A DNA stretch of 64,000 bases from the NCBI GenBank assembly GCA_963665095.1, contig OY762069.1, positions 5,856,001-5,920,000 of the forward strand, in the 5' to 3' direction. Positions 38,983 through 48,954 of this stretch are shown here, piece after piece. The DNA is from an uncultured Desulfobacter sp. Its GTDB lineage: Bacteria > Desulfobacterota > Desulfobacteria > Desulfobacterales > Desulfobacteraceae. The number at the start of each line of letters is the position of its first letter. The stretch's first letter is position 1. The notes beneath the pieces are model-generated. The model ran no database searches and was not told where the DNA came from. It saw only the letters and a program-made list of their open reading frames with translations. The position numbers and the translations under genes were made by a program.

Positions 38983-40197
38983 ATGAAAAAAATCATTCAA
39001 ATACTTACGGGGAAATGGGCGGTTTTTATTGTGACCGCCCTGGTGTGCACGGCAGGGGCTTTTGTGTTCCTGGAATCAAAGCCTGCCAAGGGGCAGCTAC
39101 AGGAGGACACGGCTGTTCAGCTTACGGGCATGCCCGTAACGGTTCAAAAGGTGACAGAATCTGCCTATCCTGCGCGGATCAGTGCCCTTGGCGAGGTAAA
39201 GCCCCTGTGGCAATCCACCATCAAAGCCCGGGTGGACGGCCCCATTGTCTACCTGAATCCAACGCTCCAGCCAGGAGCCAGGGTTAAAAAAGGCGACCTC
39301 CTTGTAAAAATAGAAGAGACCGCCTACCAGGCCCAGGTCAGCGAGGATAAAAACCGGGTGGCCCAGGCAAAGGTTGAGCTGCTCAAGGAGGAACGCGAAG
39401 CCAAAGAAGCGTTGCGAAACTGGGAGCGCTCCGGCATAAAAGGATCGCCTGCGTCTGACCTTGTGCTGCGCAAGCCCCAGCTCAACTGCGCCCGGGCAGG
39501 GCTGAACGCCGCGGACAAAACACTTGCGCTTTCCAAAACCCGGCTGTCATACACCAAAATCTGCGCCCCCTTTGACGGCATCATCCTTGAGCGCCATGTC
39601 AATCCCGGGGAGACCCTTTTAACCGGGGATGAGGTCTTCACCCTGTACGGCATTGACACAGCCGAGGTGGGCATCCATGTCTCTGCCGAACAACTGGCCC
39701 TTTTGGGTATGAACCTGTCTTCGGGCAACCAGGAAAAAGAGACCCCCTTGTCCGGCGGCCCGGACAAAGGCGTTGCCGCCCGCCTGGTATCCACCCAGCA
39801 AAACGCGTCCTGGCAGGCCCGGGTGGTGCGAAACGGACAACGTCTTGATTCTGAATCCAGGCTGCAGACCTTGTTTCTCCAGGTGGCTCACCCCATGGCC
39901 CAGAAGCCGCCCCTTTTGCCCGGTGCCTTTGTGCGCGCTGAAATCGTTGGCCAAAAGGTTACAGGGCTTTTGTGCCTGCCGGAAACCGCACTTACCAAAC
40001 AGGGGGTGGTCTGGTTTGTAGATGACCAAAACCGGCTGAAACCGGTTCACGCACAGCCTGTATTTTACGGCAATGGCGTGGTCTACATTAATATGCCTGA
40101 AAACATCGGCCAGGCGTCTTTACAGGTTGCCGTGTCACCCAATGCAAGCTTTGCCGCAGGGCTTTTAGTTCAGCCCGGACAAAAGGAGAGAGGATAA
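38983..40197 (+). CDS. RND efflux periplasmic adaptor (MFP)
   Basis: N-terminal TM helix, VKKGDLLVKI, ICAPFDG, LLPGAFV. Confidence 0.92.
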   Translation: MKKIIQILTGKWAVFIVTALVCTAGAFVFLESKPAKGQLQEDTAVQLTGMPVTVQKVTESAYPARISALGEVKPLWQSTIKARVDGPIVYLNPTLQPGARVKKGDLLVKIEETAYQAQVSEDKNRVAQAKVELLKEEREAKEALRNWERSGIKGSPASDLVLRKPQLNCARAGLNAADKTLALSKTRLSYTKICAPFDGIILERHVNPGETLLTGDEVFTLYGIDTAEVGIHVSAEQLALLGMNLSSGNQEKETPLSGGPDKGVAARLVSTQQNASWQARVVRNGQRLDSESRLQTLFLQVAHPMAQKPPLLPGAFVRAEIVGQKVTGLLCLPETALTKQGVVWFVDDQNRLKPVHAQPVFYGNGVVYINMPENIGQASLQVAVSPNASFAAGLLVQPGQKERG

Positions 40198-40201
40198 CAT
40201 C

Positions 40202-43200
40202 ATGCATGCATTATCTGCCTGGTTCACCAGGAATCCCGTGGCTGCCAACCTGTTGATGATCCTTGTGCTGATCGCAGGATTTTTCACCTTGTTTTCCATT
40301 CGCATTGAAGGATTTCCCGCCCTGCCGGTGAACAGTATCACCGTGCAGACCACCTATCCCGGCGCCAGTGCCGAACAGGTGGACAGGGGCGTTTCCCGGA
40401 AAATTGAAAATGCCCTGGAAGGCATGCCCGGCGTAAAAAAAATTTCATCCACATCCTATGAAGGCCTGTCCACGGTCAGCATCCGCAAAACACCCAAATT
40501 TGACATGGACCGGTTCCAAAATGAGATCCAGTCCCGGGTGGACAGCATCTACAATCTGCCGGACCGGGCCGAGCGCCCGGTGGTTTCCAGGGATGAGTTT
40601 AATGTCATGGGCCTGATCGTCCAGGTGTATGGGGATACTGACGAAATCACGCTGCAGCAGACGGCAAGGCAGGTCAAAGAGGAGCTGCTTTCCCATCCCA
40701 TGCTGACCCGCATAGAGGTGTTTGGTCAAAAACCCTATGAAATCCGCATTGAAGTGGATATGGACAAGCTTCGCTCCTGCGGCATGACCCTGGAAGAGGT
40801 GGCATCCGCCATTAACCAGGCCTCCCTGGATTACGCCACCGGCACCATTGAAAGCAAAAGCGGCAAGGTGGTGATCCGGGCGGATAAAAAAGCGTTCTCC
40901 TTTGAAGAATTTTCCAATATCGGTGTGCGTACCTTAAGCAACGGCACACAGCTTCTGGTAAAAGACATTGCAACGGTTGTGGACGGGTTTGAAACAGAAC
41001 CTTTTTTTGCACGGTTCCAGGGCAAACCGTCCGTGGGCATGCTGATCTACACCGGACAGAAAGGCGATCTTATGGCCGTGAACAAGGCGGCCCGGGATGT
41101 GATTGAAAAAATCCGTCCGGGTCTGCCCAGGGGCATTAAGATCGACATCTGGGCGGAGCAGGCCACCTACATGAAGGACCGGCTCAAACTTCTGGCCTCC
41201 AATGCCTGGCAGGGGCTGTTAATTGTGTTTGTGCTGCTGGCCTTGTTTCTCAATGTTAAACTTGCAGTGTGGGTGGCCATGGGTATTCCCATCTCCCTGG
41301 CAGGGGCTTTGTCCCTTATGGGCGAGCGGTTTTTGAACTACTCTTTAAACGATATCACCACATTCGGCATGATCATTGTGCTGGGCATCCTGGTGGATGA
41401 CGCCATTGTGGTGGGCGAAAGCGTGTTTGATGCCAGAAAGCAAAACTCTGATCCGGTCGCAGGCACCATTGAAGGGGTGCACCGGGTCTCCACAGCCACG
41501 GTGTTTGGCTGTTTTACCACGGTGGCGGCCTTTTATCCCCTGCTGCTCATTGAAAATGAAATCGGCAAACTGTTTGCCAGTTTCTCTGTGGTGGTGATCA
41601 TTTCGGTCATTGCCTCCATGCTGGAAAGCAAGCTTGTGCTGCCGGCTCACCTGGCTGCCATCTCCATGAACCAGGACGCACCAGGCACACAAAAATCCAA
41701 AGGGGTTGTACACAGGGTGTGGGCCTTTGTGCAGAAAAAAGCCTCGGGCCTGATGGATTTTGTCAACACCCGCATTTACCAACCAATGCTTAAAACCACC
41801 CTTAACCACCGTTATGCCACCCTGGTATTCCTTGTCACGGTTGCCGTGTGCGGCATCGGCCTGATATCCAACGGCTGGATCAGAACGGTTTTTTTCCCGC
41901 AGGTGCCTGGCCAGATCATCACCGTGACCCTGAAAACCCGTTCCGGTTCCCCGTCTGATCTGACGGCTGACCATATCTCCTTTATTGAAAAACAGGCCCA
42001 AGCGCTCAATGAAGAGGCCATGGCTGAGTTGAACACGGAACAACCGCCCATTGCCCGGATCATGACGGCGGTCACAGGTTCCAACAATGCAGAAATTTAC
42101 GCGGAACTGCAGCCGGAAAGCCAAAGGCAGCTTGACACCCTGGAGACCTTGAAGCGCTGGCGCAAACGGGTGGGCACCCTGGAAGGGGTGGAAACACTGA
42201 CCTTCAGCGGATCATTTGAAACAGGCGGCGGATTCGTGCTTGAGCTTGGTGCGCGGGATTCTGCCGTGCTCACGGATGCGGTGGCCCGGTTTGAGGCTGA
42301 CTTTGCCAAGATCAAGGGTGTCCATGATATCCGGGACGACCTGGACCAGGGTAACCCAAGGCTTCGGCTGCATCTCAAGCCCGAAGCCAGGCATATGGGC
42401 CTTACCACCGCAGACCTTGCCGGCCAGATCGGAAACGCCTTTGGGGGCCTTGAAATCCAGCGCATCCAGCGGGGCACCGAAGAGGTTAAGGTAAAGGTCA
42501 GATACGGGGAAGACCGGTGCCGGTATATCCGGGATCTTCTTTCCACCCGGATCCGCACCCGGAACGGACAATGGGTTCCCTTGTCCCTGGTGGCCGACAT
42601 TGAATCCGGGTATGTGCCGGCAGCCATTGTGCGCCAGGATAAAAAGCGGGTGGCCCAGGTCGAGGCGAACCTGGATAAAGAAGTTATCAGCGCCGAAGAG
42701 GCAATCAAGCTCATTAAAAAGGATATCATCCCCCGGTTACAGCAGCTTTACCCCCAGCTGACCATCAAAGCGGCCGGCGAACTTGAGGATATGGGTGAGA
42801 TGAAAGGGGGCATGATCCGAGCCCTTGCCATGATCCTGATCCTGATCTACGCCCTTTTGGCCGTACCCTTGAAATCCTATTGGCAGCCCCTTGTGATCAT
42901 GTCTGTCATTCCATTCGGGTTTGTGGGCGCTGTGGCCGGGCACTGGGCCATGGGGTTTGATTTAAGTGTGCTCTCTTTTTTTGGCATGCTGGCTGTCACG
43001 GGCGTCGTGGTCAATGACAGCCTGGTGCTTTTATCCCGGTTCAACGATGTAACCGACGATTTCCCAAACTGTTTTCAGGCATTGATAAACGCAGGAAACA
43101 GCCGGTTTCGGGCCATTGTCTTAACCACGCTGACCACGGTGTGCGGACTTATGCCCCTGCTGTCCGAAACATCGGAGCAGGCCCAGTACCTGATTCCGGC

Positions 43201-43357
43201 TGCCATATCCCTGGCCTTTGGGGAGTTGTTTGCCACCCCTGTTACCCTGTTCATTGTCCCGGTGCTGATCCACATCGGGCATGACGCAAAAAAAGCGGCA
43301 GGAAAAGTAAACGGTTTTATTTCTTTGGCCCAGGCTGCGAAAATAAATAATCAATAG
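40202..43357 (+). CDS. RND efflux permease (AcrB/AcrD/AcrF family)
   Basis: NPVAANLLM, GILVDDAIVVGE, GVVVNDSLV, RFRAIVLTT; 1051 aa. Confidence 0.95.
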   Translation: MHALSAWFTRNPVAANLLMILVLIAGFFTLFSIRIEGFPALPVNSITVQTTYPGASAEQVDRGVSRKIENALEGMPGVKKISSTSYEGLSTVSIRKTPKFDMDRFQNEIQSRVDSIYNLPDRAERPVVSRDEFNVMGLIVQVYGDTDEITLQQTARQVKEELLSHPMLTRIEVFGQKPYEIRIEVDMDKLRSCGMTLEEVASAINQASLDYATGTIESKSGKVVIRADKKAFSFEEFSNIGVRTLSNGTQLLVKDIATVVDGFETEPFFARFQGKPSVGMLIYTGQKGDLMAVNKAARDVIEKIRPGLPRGIKIDIWAEQATYMKDRLKLLASNAWQGLLIVFVLLALFLNVKLAVWVAMGIPISLAGALSLMGERFLNYSLNDITTFGMIIVLGILVDDAIVVGESVFDARKQNSDPVAGTIEGVHRVSTATVFGCFTTVAAFYPLLLIENEIGKLFASFSVVVIISVIASMLESKLVLPAHLAAISMNQDAPGTQKSKGVVHRVWAFVQKKASGLMDFVNTRIYQPMLKTTLNHRYATLVFLVTVAVCGIGLISNGWIRTVFFPQVPGQIITVTLKTRSGSPSDLTADHISFIEKQAQALNEEAMAELNTEQPPIARIMTAVTGSNNAEIYAELQPESQRQLDTLETLKRWRKRVGTLEGVETLTFSGSFETGGGFVLELGARDSAVLTDAVARFEADFAKIKGVHDIRDDLDQGNPRLRLHLKPEARHMGLTTADLAGQIGNAFGGLEIQRIQRGTEEVKVKVRYGEDRCRYIRDLLSTRIRTRNGQWVPLSLVADIESGYVPAAIVRQDKKRVAQVEANLDKEVISAEEAIKLIKKDIIPRLQQLYPQLTIKAAGELEDMGEMKGGMIRALAMILILIYALLAVPLKSYWQPLVIMSVIPFGFVGAVAGHWAMGFDLSVLSFFGMLAVTGVVVNDSLVLLSRFNDVTDDFPNCFQALINAGNSRFRAIVLTTLTTVCGLMPLLSETSEQAQYLIPAAISLAFGELFATPVTLFIVPVLIHIGHDAKKAAGKVNGFISLAQAAKINNQ

Positions 43358-43413
43358 GACAAAAAAGACCATGAATACGCCAATATGTACCGGATCATTT
43401 AACCGGAAAAAAG

Positions 43414-43641
43414 ACGGATAGGAACTTCCTTTTTTACCGAAAAGGTATAGCAAAGAATGAAAAGATCATCAAGAACCTTGAATATGGCTCCAGCCGGTCA
43501 CGGATGTCAGAAATAACACCAGAGAGAAACAATAAAAATCCGGCCTGCGCCACTGAAAAAGCGCTGAACAGCTATCTTTTTTGACTGATTTTGAGCATAC
43601 CCCACCGGAAATCCCCCAAAGTGCTGGAATTAATGCCAGCC
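43414..43641 (-). mobile_element. IS91-family oriIS end fragment (228-bp repeat, copy 1)
   Basis: Near-identical to 63309..63536. The minus strand ends AAAAGGAAGTTCCTATCCGT, like IS91/ISCR oriIS. Confidence 0.75.
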
Positions 43642-43852
43642 GAAGGTTGGCCTATGGGGATGCGGGAAGGGTGTGCCATTCAAATTTTTATTCATAATAT
43701 CAAACACTCCTCTTTCAGACAAAATGGTTTACAGGACAAACAAAAATAACTTTTCAAACAAACACATTTTTTCTGTTAATGTATTCTTCTCCTAACTTTA
43801 CGGCTGTTTCATTAAATTTTAGACTGGTACAAGATTAGAAAAGGAGAATCAG

Positions 43853-45802
43853 ATGAATTGTAAACGCATTATTTCAGCGGTTTTTGCAATGGCCCTTTTA
43901 GGGGCCGTGTTTGGCCAGGCCGGCTGGGCAAAGGAGGACCACTCCCCTGAAGCCCTGGAGAGCATGGTGATCACCGCCACAAAAACACCCTACACCCTTG
44001 AAGATGTGCCCGTGGAGACAGTGCTCATCACCGGCAAGGATATTGAGCGTTCAAACGCAAAGACAATTGAGGGGCTTTTGGGAACCATACCGGGATTTAA
44101 CTTTTCCCAGGCACCGGACCTTACCGGAACCATGAACTTTAGAAATACCATCCGCGGATTGAACATCGAAGACCGCCGTATGCTTGTACTGGTTGACGGG
44201 CAGCGGGTATTTGGCGGATATGCCAGCGGCGGAATGGCCTTTGGCGGAGATGCTTTTAATGTCAATGTGGTGCCTTTGAGCCTGGTGGATCACATTGAAG
44301 TGGTAAAGGGGCCGGCCTCTGCATTATACGGCAGTGAAGCCGTAACAGGTGTTATCAATATCATTACAAAAGTGCCTGAAAAACAGACCAAAGCCGCTGT
44401 GGCAGCAGGCTATGGCTGGTACACAATGGACGGCGAAAGAAATGGGCGCAAGGTCACTGAAACAACCCGGTCCACCTACAATGCTTTCGGCACTGTACAA
44501 GGCGCTGTAACAGACACGCTCAGCGCCACTTTAAGCTTCAGCCACGAAGCCCATGAGGGCATCAAAGAAATAGGCCAGACTGTTTTTAAAAATTATATCC
44601 ACACCCAGTTGCAGCTGTCTGCTTCGGATAATTTTACACTGAAAGGAGGCGCAGAGCTTACCGCCTATGAAGCAGACGGGAAAGATTGGGTCAGCTGGAC
44701 TTCCACATGGGAAGATGACACGGCCGATGAATTGATTCCCCGGTTCTGGCTTGTGGGAGACTATAAGATTAATGCTGATCACAGTCTCAAGCTCCAGGGA
44801 TATTTTCAAAGAATAGACGGTGACATTGTTGCGGCAGCTTCCACAGGTGCCCAGAATTATGATAACAGGTACGGTGATGTGGAAATTCAATACACAGGCC
44901 GGTTCTTTGACGATCATTTGTTCACCTCCGGCATCGAATACCTGCGGACCTCGTATGAAGGCAACTTTGTAGCTGACAGTGAAAATACCACCCTGAGCCT
45001 ATATGCCCAGGATGAATGGCGGCTCTTTGACGGTGCCCTTATTCTTATCCCGGGCGCTCGGGTTGATGACAACAGCGACTATGGGCGGCAGTGGAGTCCG
45101 AAATTCAATGCCATGTACACCCCTTTACCCGGAACAAAATTCCGTGCAGGCCTGGGCAAAACCTTCAAAGCCCCCACCCCGGGCCAAATGTCAAGCGAAC
45201 GGTTCTGGATGGTTTATATGTGGGCCCAAGGTAATCCCGACCTGACGCCGGAAGAGGGTTTCACATGGCAGGTGGGACTGGATCAGGACCTATGGGATGG
45301 CCGCTTGAATTTAGGGATCACCTACTATAATACCGAGCTTACGGATATGATTGCCGAAGGCTTGAGGGACGACGGTGTTTACAGCTACTCCAATATATCT
45401 GAAGGAGAAATCCAGGGGGTTGAAACCACAGCCAACATAGCGCTTTGGGCATCTTATCATCTTGTTTTGACATACGCCTATACCGATGCCAGGGATGGCC
45501 AGACCGGCGAACGTCTGGTTTGCGTACCCGAGCATTCATTCGGTGCCCAACTGGACTATGCCAATAAAAAATACGGCTTTGACGCAATGCTGTCTGTGTC
45601 CCATACCACCGATCAGATCAATGGCATGAGTGCCGGCACCACAGAGGACTTCACCACTGTGGGATGCAAATTACAAAAAGATATTATGGAAAACGGGCGG
45701 ATTATCCTGGCGATGTCCAATCTTTTTGACCAGGAATTGCGCGGGTCTGAACTTTTTTATCCCAGGCAGGCCATTAAGGCCGGTATAGAGTTTGACTTTT
45801 GA
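43853..45802 (+). CDS. TonB-dependent receptor
   Basis: TonB box ESMVITAT, IEVVKGPASALYGSEAVTGVINIIT, GNPDLTPE, C-terminal F. Confidence 0.95.
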   Translation: MNCKRIISAVFAMALLGAVFGQAGWAKEDHSPEALESMVITATKTPYTLEDVPVETVLITGKDIERSNAKTIEGLLGTIPGFNFSQAPDLTGTMNFRNTIRGLNIEDRRMLVLVDGQRVFGGYASGGMAFGGDAFNVNVVPLSLVDHIEVVKGPASALYGSEAVTGVINIITKVPEKQTKAAVAAGYGWYTMDGERNGRKVTETTRSTYNAFGTVQGAVTDTLSATLSFSHEAHEGIKEIGQTVFKNYIHTQLQLSASDNFTLKGGAELTAYEADGKDWVSWTSTWEDDTADELIPRFWLVGDYKINADHSLKLQGYFQRIDGDIVAAASTGAQNYDNRYGDVEIQYTGRFFDDHLFTSGIEYLRTSYEGNFVADSENTTLSLYAQDEWRLFDGALILIPGARVDDNSDYGRQWSPKFNAMYTPLPGTKFRAGLGKTFKAPTPGQMSSERFWMVYMWAQGNPDLTPEEGFTWQVGLDQDLWDGRLNLGITYYNTELTDMIAEGLRDDGVYSYSNISEGEIQGVETTANIALWASYHLVLTYAYTDARDGQTGERLVCVPEHSFGAQLDYANKKYGFDAMLSVSHTTDQINGMSAGTTEDFTTVGCKLQKDIMENGRIILAMSNLFDQELRGSELFYPRQAIKAGIEFDF

Positions 45803-45865
45803 GAACATGAAAAAGGGCAATAGTTCTTTTTTGTTCTCGTTATAAAATTTGCGGTTTTCACCATT

Positions 45866-45912
45866 GTTGTGGGCTGATCCGGGGTTAAAACCCGGTCGGC
45901 CCATGGCCGTTA
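45866..45912 (+). repeat. Palindromic element GTTGTGGGCY..TCGGCCCRTGGCMGTTA, copy 1
   Basis: Same arms at 47060..47133 and 59919..59969, with different loops. Confidence 0.75.
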
Positions 45913-46013
45913 TTCCAACCATCACCGTTTTTTGTTTGACAAAAAGTCAGGCGCCTTTTAATGTTTTCCCTAACTATTTATTGTATGCCATTATAAATAA
46001 TTGGGAAATTGTT

Positions 46014-46883
46014 ATGGATTTTGTCACTGAAACCCAAAAGTATCCTCCACAGATAGATATTGAAAAATGGAATAAGCGCCTCACCCTGTATCCTGGATTC
46101 CAGCTTCGATGCATGGAACTTAACGCCACCCGCAATGTGGTTGCAGATTTCCGGCGCGACTACCCATTTCTTGAATTCGGCTGTCTGCTCTCCGGGAAGC
46201 TCACCGGATCTGCCCGCACAGATAATGGGCAAAACCGGTATGTAGAAGGGCACCCGGGCCAGACATGGTGCTCGTTTTGCAACAAGTCCCGGGGCACCAT
46301 TGAGTATCTTGCAGGACAAACTGTTCAGGTTGTGCTTTTTCATATTCACGGCCCGCTGCTGGAGAATCTGTCTCTTCCCCGAAAAGGGCACTCCTTAAAC
46401 ACATCCGGCCACCTGACCCCTGCCGTAAACAAAATTGTCCAGCAAATTATTCAGATCAATGACCATACCGATACATGCAATCAGCTGCTTCTCACCTCCA
46501 AAGCCTATGAGCTTCTTTTTCACCTTTCCTCCTATGAAGACATTGCTCCGGATTATTCCACTGAAAACCGGCAAAAAGTGAAAAAGGCCCAGGACATCCT
46601 GAACCACAATCTGGCCTCCCCGCCTTGTCTTTCGGAGCTTGCCCGGAAGACTGGCTTGTGCAAAACCAATCTGGCCAGAGAATTCAAAAAACAATCCGGC
46701 ACCACTGTATTTGGCTATCTTCGGCAGCAACGGCTGGCCCGGGCAAAGGAGTTGATTACCCTTCACAACCTTAGCGCCTCCGAAGCGGCATGGGAGGTGG
46801 GATATTCCAGCTTAAGCTCTTTTCACCGCGCCTTTTGCGCCCATTACGGTGCAACACCCGGTTCTTTTACCCCAAAATCCTGA
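46014..46883 (+). CDS. AraC-family regulator (PchR/YbtA-like)
   Basis: PPCLSELARKTG..GTTVFGYLRQQRL..VGYSSLSSFHRAF. Confidence 0.9.
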   Translation: MDFVTETQKYPPQIDIEKWNKRLTLYPGFQLRCMELNATRNVVADFRRDYPFLEFGCLLSGKLTGSARTDNGQNRYVEGHPGQTWCSFCNKSRGTIEYLAGQTVQVVLFHIHGPLLENLSLPRKGHSLNTSGHLTPAVNKIVQQIIQINDHTDTCNQLLLTSKAYELLFHLSSYEDIAPDYSTENRQKVKKAQDILNHNLASPPCLSELARKTGLCKTNLAREFKKQSGTTVFGYLRQQRLARAKELITLHNLSASEAAWEVGYSSLSSFHRAFCAHYGATPGSFTPKS

Positions 46884-47029
46884 ACCAGCCCGAACATTTC
46901 ATTAAAATTCAAATTCATCATGTTTTATCCTGTCCAACAAAACGGCCAATGGGATAAAGCAAAATGTATTCTTGGACAAACATTTGTTTCAAAAGTCAAT
47001 TATACTCTTCTGGTTTTTAAAGAAAGTCA

Positions 47030-47133
47030 CAATAAGTTGTTGAGTTACTTTTATTTTTCGTTGTGGGCTAACGTCTGGGCCCAGATAGATGGCCCGGACG
47101 GACCAGATAGCCCAGATCGGCCCGTGGCAGTTA
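47030..47133 (+). repeat. Palindromic element, copy 2 (with 5' CAATAAGTTGTTGAGT extension)
   Basis: Shares both arms and the upstream 30 bp with 59890..59969. Confidence 0.75.
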
Positions 47134-47163
47134 ATTAAAAAAAACACAGAGGAAATTTCAAAA

Positions 47164-48954
47164 ATGACCACATCCCGAAGGGCCACCCTTGTGTGGCTGT
47201 TTGAAAACAGCAGGGGGTACAGGATCAAGCTGTTTGCCGCCCTGGGGCTTGCGTCAGTCAGCGCCGTACTGGCGGTTGTGCCCATGGTCTGCGTCTACCT
47301 GGTCGCCCAAAACCTGTTTAACAGCCAAGAAGCGGCCAGGGGGCAGATAATGGAGCAGGTAATGCCCCTGCTGCTGATAGCGGCAGGCTCCGTGGTACTT
47401 CGCTGCGCCACCTATCTTCTGGCCATGATCTGCTCCCATGTCAGTGCGTATGGCATTAACTATGACCTGCGGGCCCGCATCGCCGCCCACCTTGCCAGGC
47501 TGCCCATGGGGTTTTTCACCCAAAAATCATCCGGGGCAACCAAAAAAATCATGCTTGAAGATATGGAAAACATGGAGCCTTTTATTGCCCACTATCTGCC
47601 GGACCTGGCTTCGGCCCTTGTTCTGCAGGTGGTATCGGCAGTCTTTCTTTTCAGGGTGAATCCTATGCTTGCCCTTGCCGCTGTCTTGCCGGTTCCCATT
47701 GCAGCAGTTATGCATGTGGGTATGAACCGGGTCTACCGGGAAAATGTCAAGCCCTTCCATGACAACATGGAGTCCATGAATAATGCCATTGTGGAGTATG
47801 TCAGGGGCATGCCGGTCATTAAGGCATTTAACCGGACCGCCCGTTCTTTTGGCCAGTACCGGCAGACCCTTGAAACCCACCTAGGTATTTCCGAGGATTG
47901 GAGCAAGCGATCCGCCGGGTTTGCCTCCTTTTTCTGGGTATGCCTTGACCTGGGATTAATGTTTATCCTGCCGGCCGGTTTTTTCATGTTCAACTCGGGT
48001 CGGATTGATGGGGCGCAGCTTGTGCTGTTCCTGTTGCTAGGCACCGGACTGATGGAGCCTTTGGGCCGGATCATCATGATCACGGGGCTTTTGGACCGGA
48101 TAGGGGAAGGGTTTAACCGCATCCAGGCGCTGCTGGACCAGCCGCCGTTGCAGGAACCATGTTCCCGGGCCGAACCCCGGGGCCTGGAATCGGAAAATTA
48201 TGACTTAGAGTTTCGGCACGTGTCATTTGGATATGGGGAAAAACAAGTATTAAAGGATCTGTGTTTTAAACTGCCCCAGGGGAGCGTAACCGGGATGGTC
48301 GGTCCATCAGGCGCCGGGAAGTCCACAACGGCAAGGCTTGCGGCAAGGTTCTGGGATATATCCAAGGGGGAAATTCTGATCGGCGGTAATAATATCAAAG
48401 AGATACCCATGCATGATCTGATGGAAACCATTGCCTTTGTTTTCCAGGATGTTTACCTGATGAACGACACCATTATGGAGAATATCCGCATGGGACGTCC
48501 CGGGGCCACGGACAAGGAGGTTATGAAGGCGGCCCAAAATGCGTCAGCCCATAAGTTTATCTGTTCCCTTTCAAAGGGGTACCAGACCATGGCAGGTGAA
48601 GGAGGCGCTCATCTCAGCGGCGGTGAAAAGCAGCGCATTGCCATTGCAAGGGCGATTTTAAAAGATGCCCCCATCCTCATCCTGGACGAAGTCACCTCGG
48701 CCACGGACCCTGAAAACGAGCGGCACATTCACCAGGCCCTTAACCGGCTCATGGACGGCAAGACCGTTTTGGTCATTGCCCACAAGCTCTCCTCTGTCAT
48801 GCATGCCGACCATCTGCTGCTGTTCGAAAACGGGCGCATTCGCACCCAGGGACTTCACCGGGAACTGCTTAGTGACGAACTTTACAACAACTTATGGCAA
48901 CGCTGCACCCGGGCAGAAAACTGGAAGATTAAGGAAAACGCCCATGTTTATTAG
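47164..48954 (+). CDS. ABC half-transporter (YbtP/IrtA-like)
   Basis: TMD + NBD; GPSGAGKST, LSGGEKQR, ILDEVTS. Confidence 0.92.
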   Translation: MTTSRRATLVWLFENSRGYRIKLFAALGLASVSAVLAVVPMVCVYLVAQNLFNSQEAARGQIMEQVMPLLLIAAGSVVLRCATYLLAMICSHVSAYGINYDLRARIAAHLARLPMGFFTQKSSGATKKIMLEDMENMEPFIAHYLPDLASALVLQVVSAVFLFRVNPMLALAAVLPVPIAAVMHVGMNRVYRENVKPFHDNMESMNNAIVEYVRGMPVIKAFNRTARSFGQYRQTLETHLGISEDWSKRSAGFASFFWVCLDLGLMFILPAGFFMFNSGRIDGAQLVLFLLLGTGLMEPLGRIIMITGLLDRIGEGFNRIQALLDQPPLQEPCSRAEPRGLESENYDLEFRHVSFGYGEKQVLKDLCFKLPQGSVTGMVGPSGAGKSTTARLAARFWDISKGEILIGGNNIKEIPMHDLMETIAFVFQDVYLMNDTIMENIRMGRPGATDKEVMKAAQNASAHKFICSLSKGYQTMAGEGGAHLSGGEKQRIAIARAILKDAPILILDEVTSATDPENERHIHQALNRLMDGKTVLVIAHKLSSVMHADHLLLFENGRIRTQGLHRELLSDELYNNLWQRCTRAENWKIKENAHVY

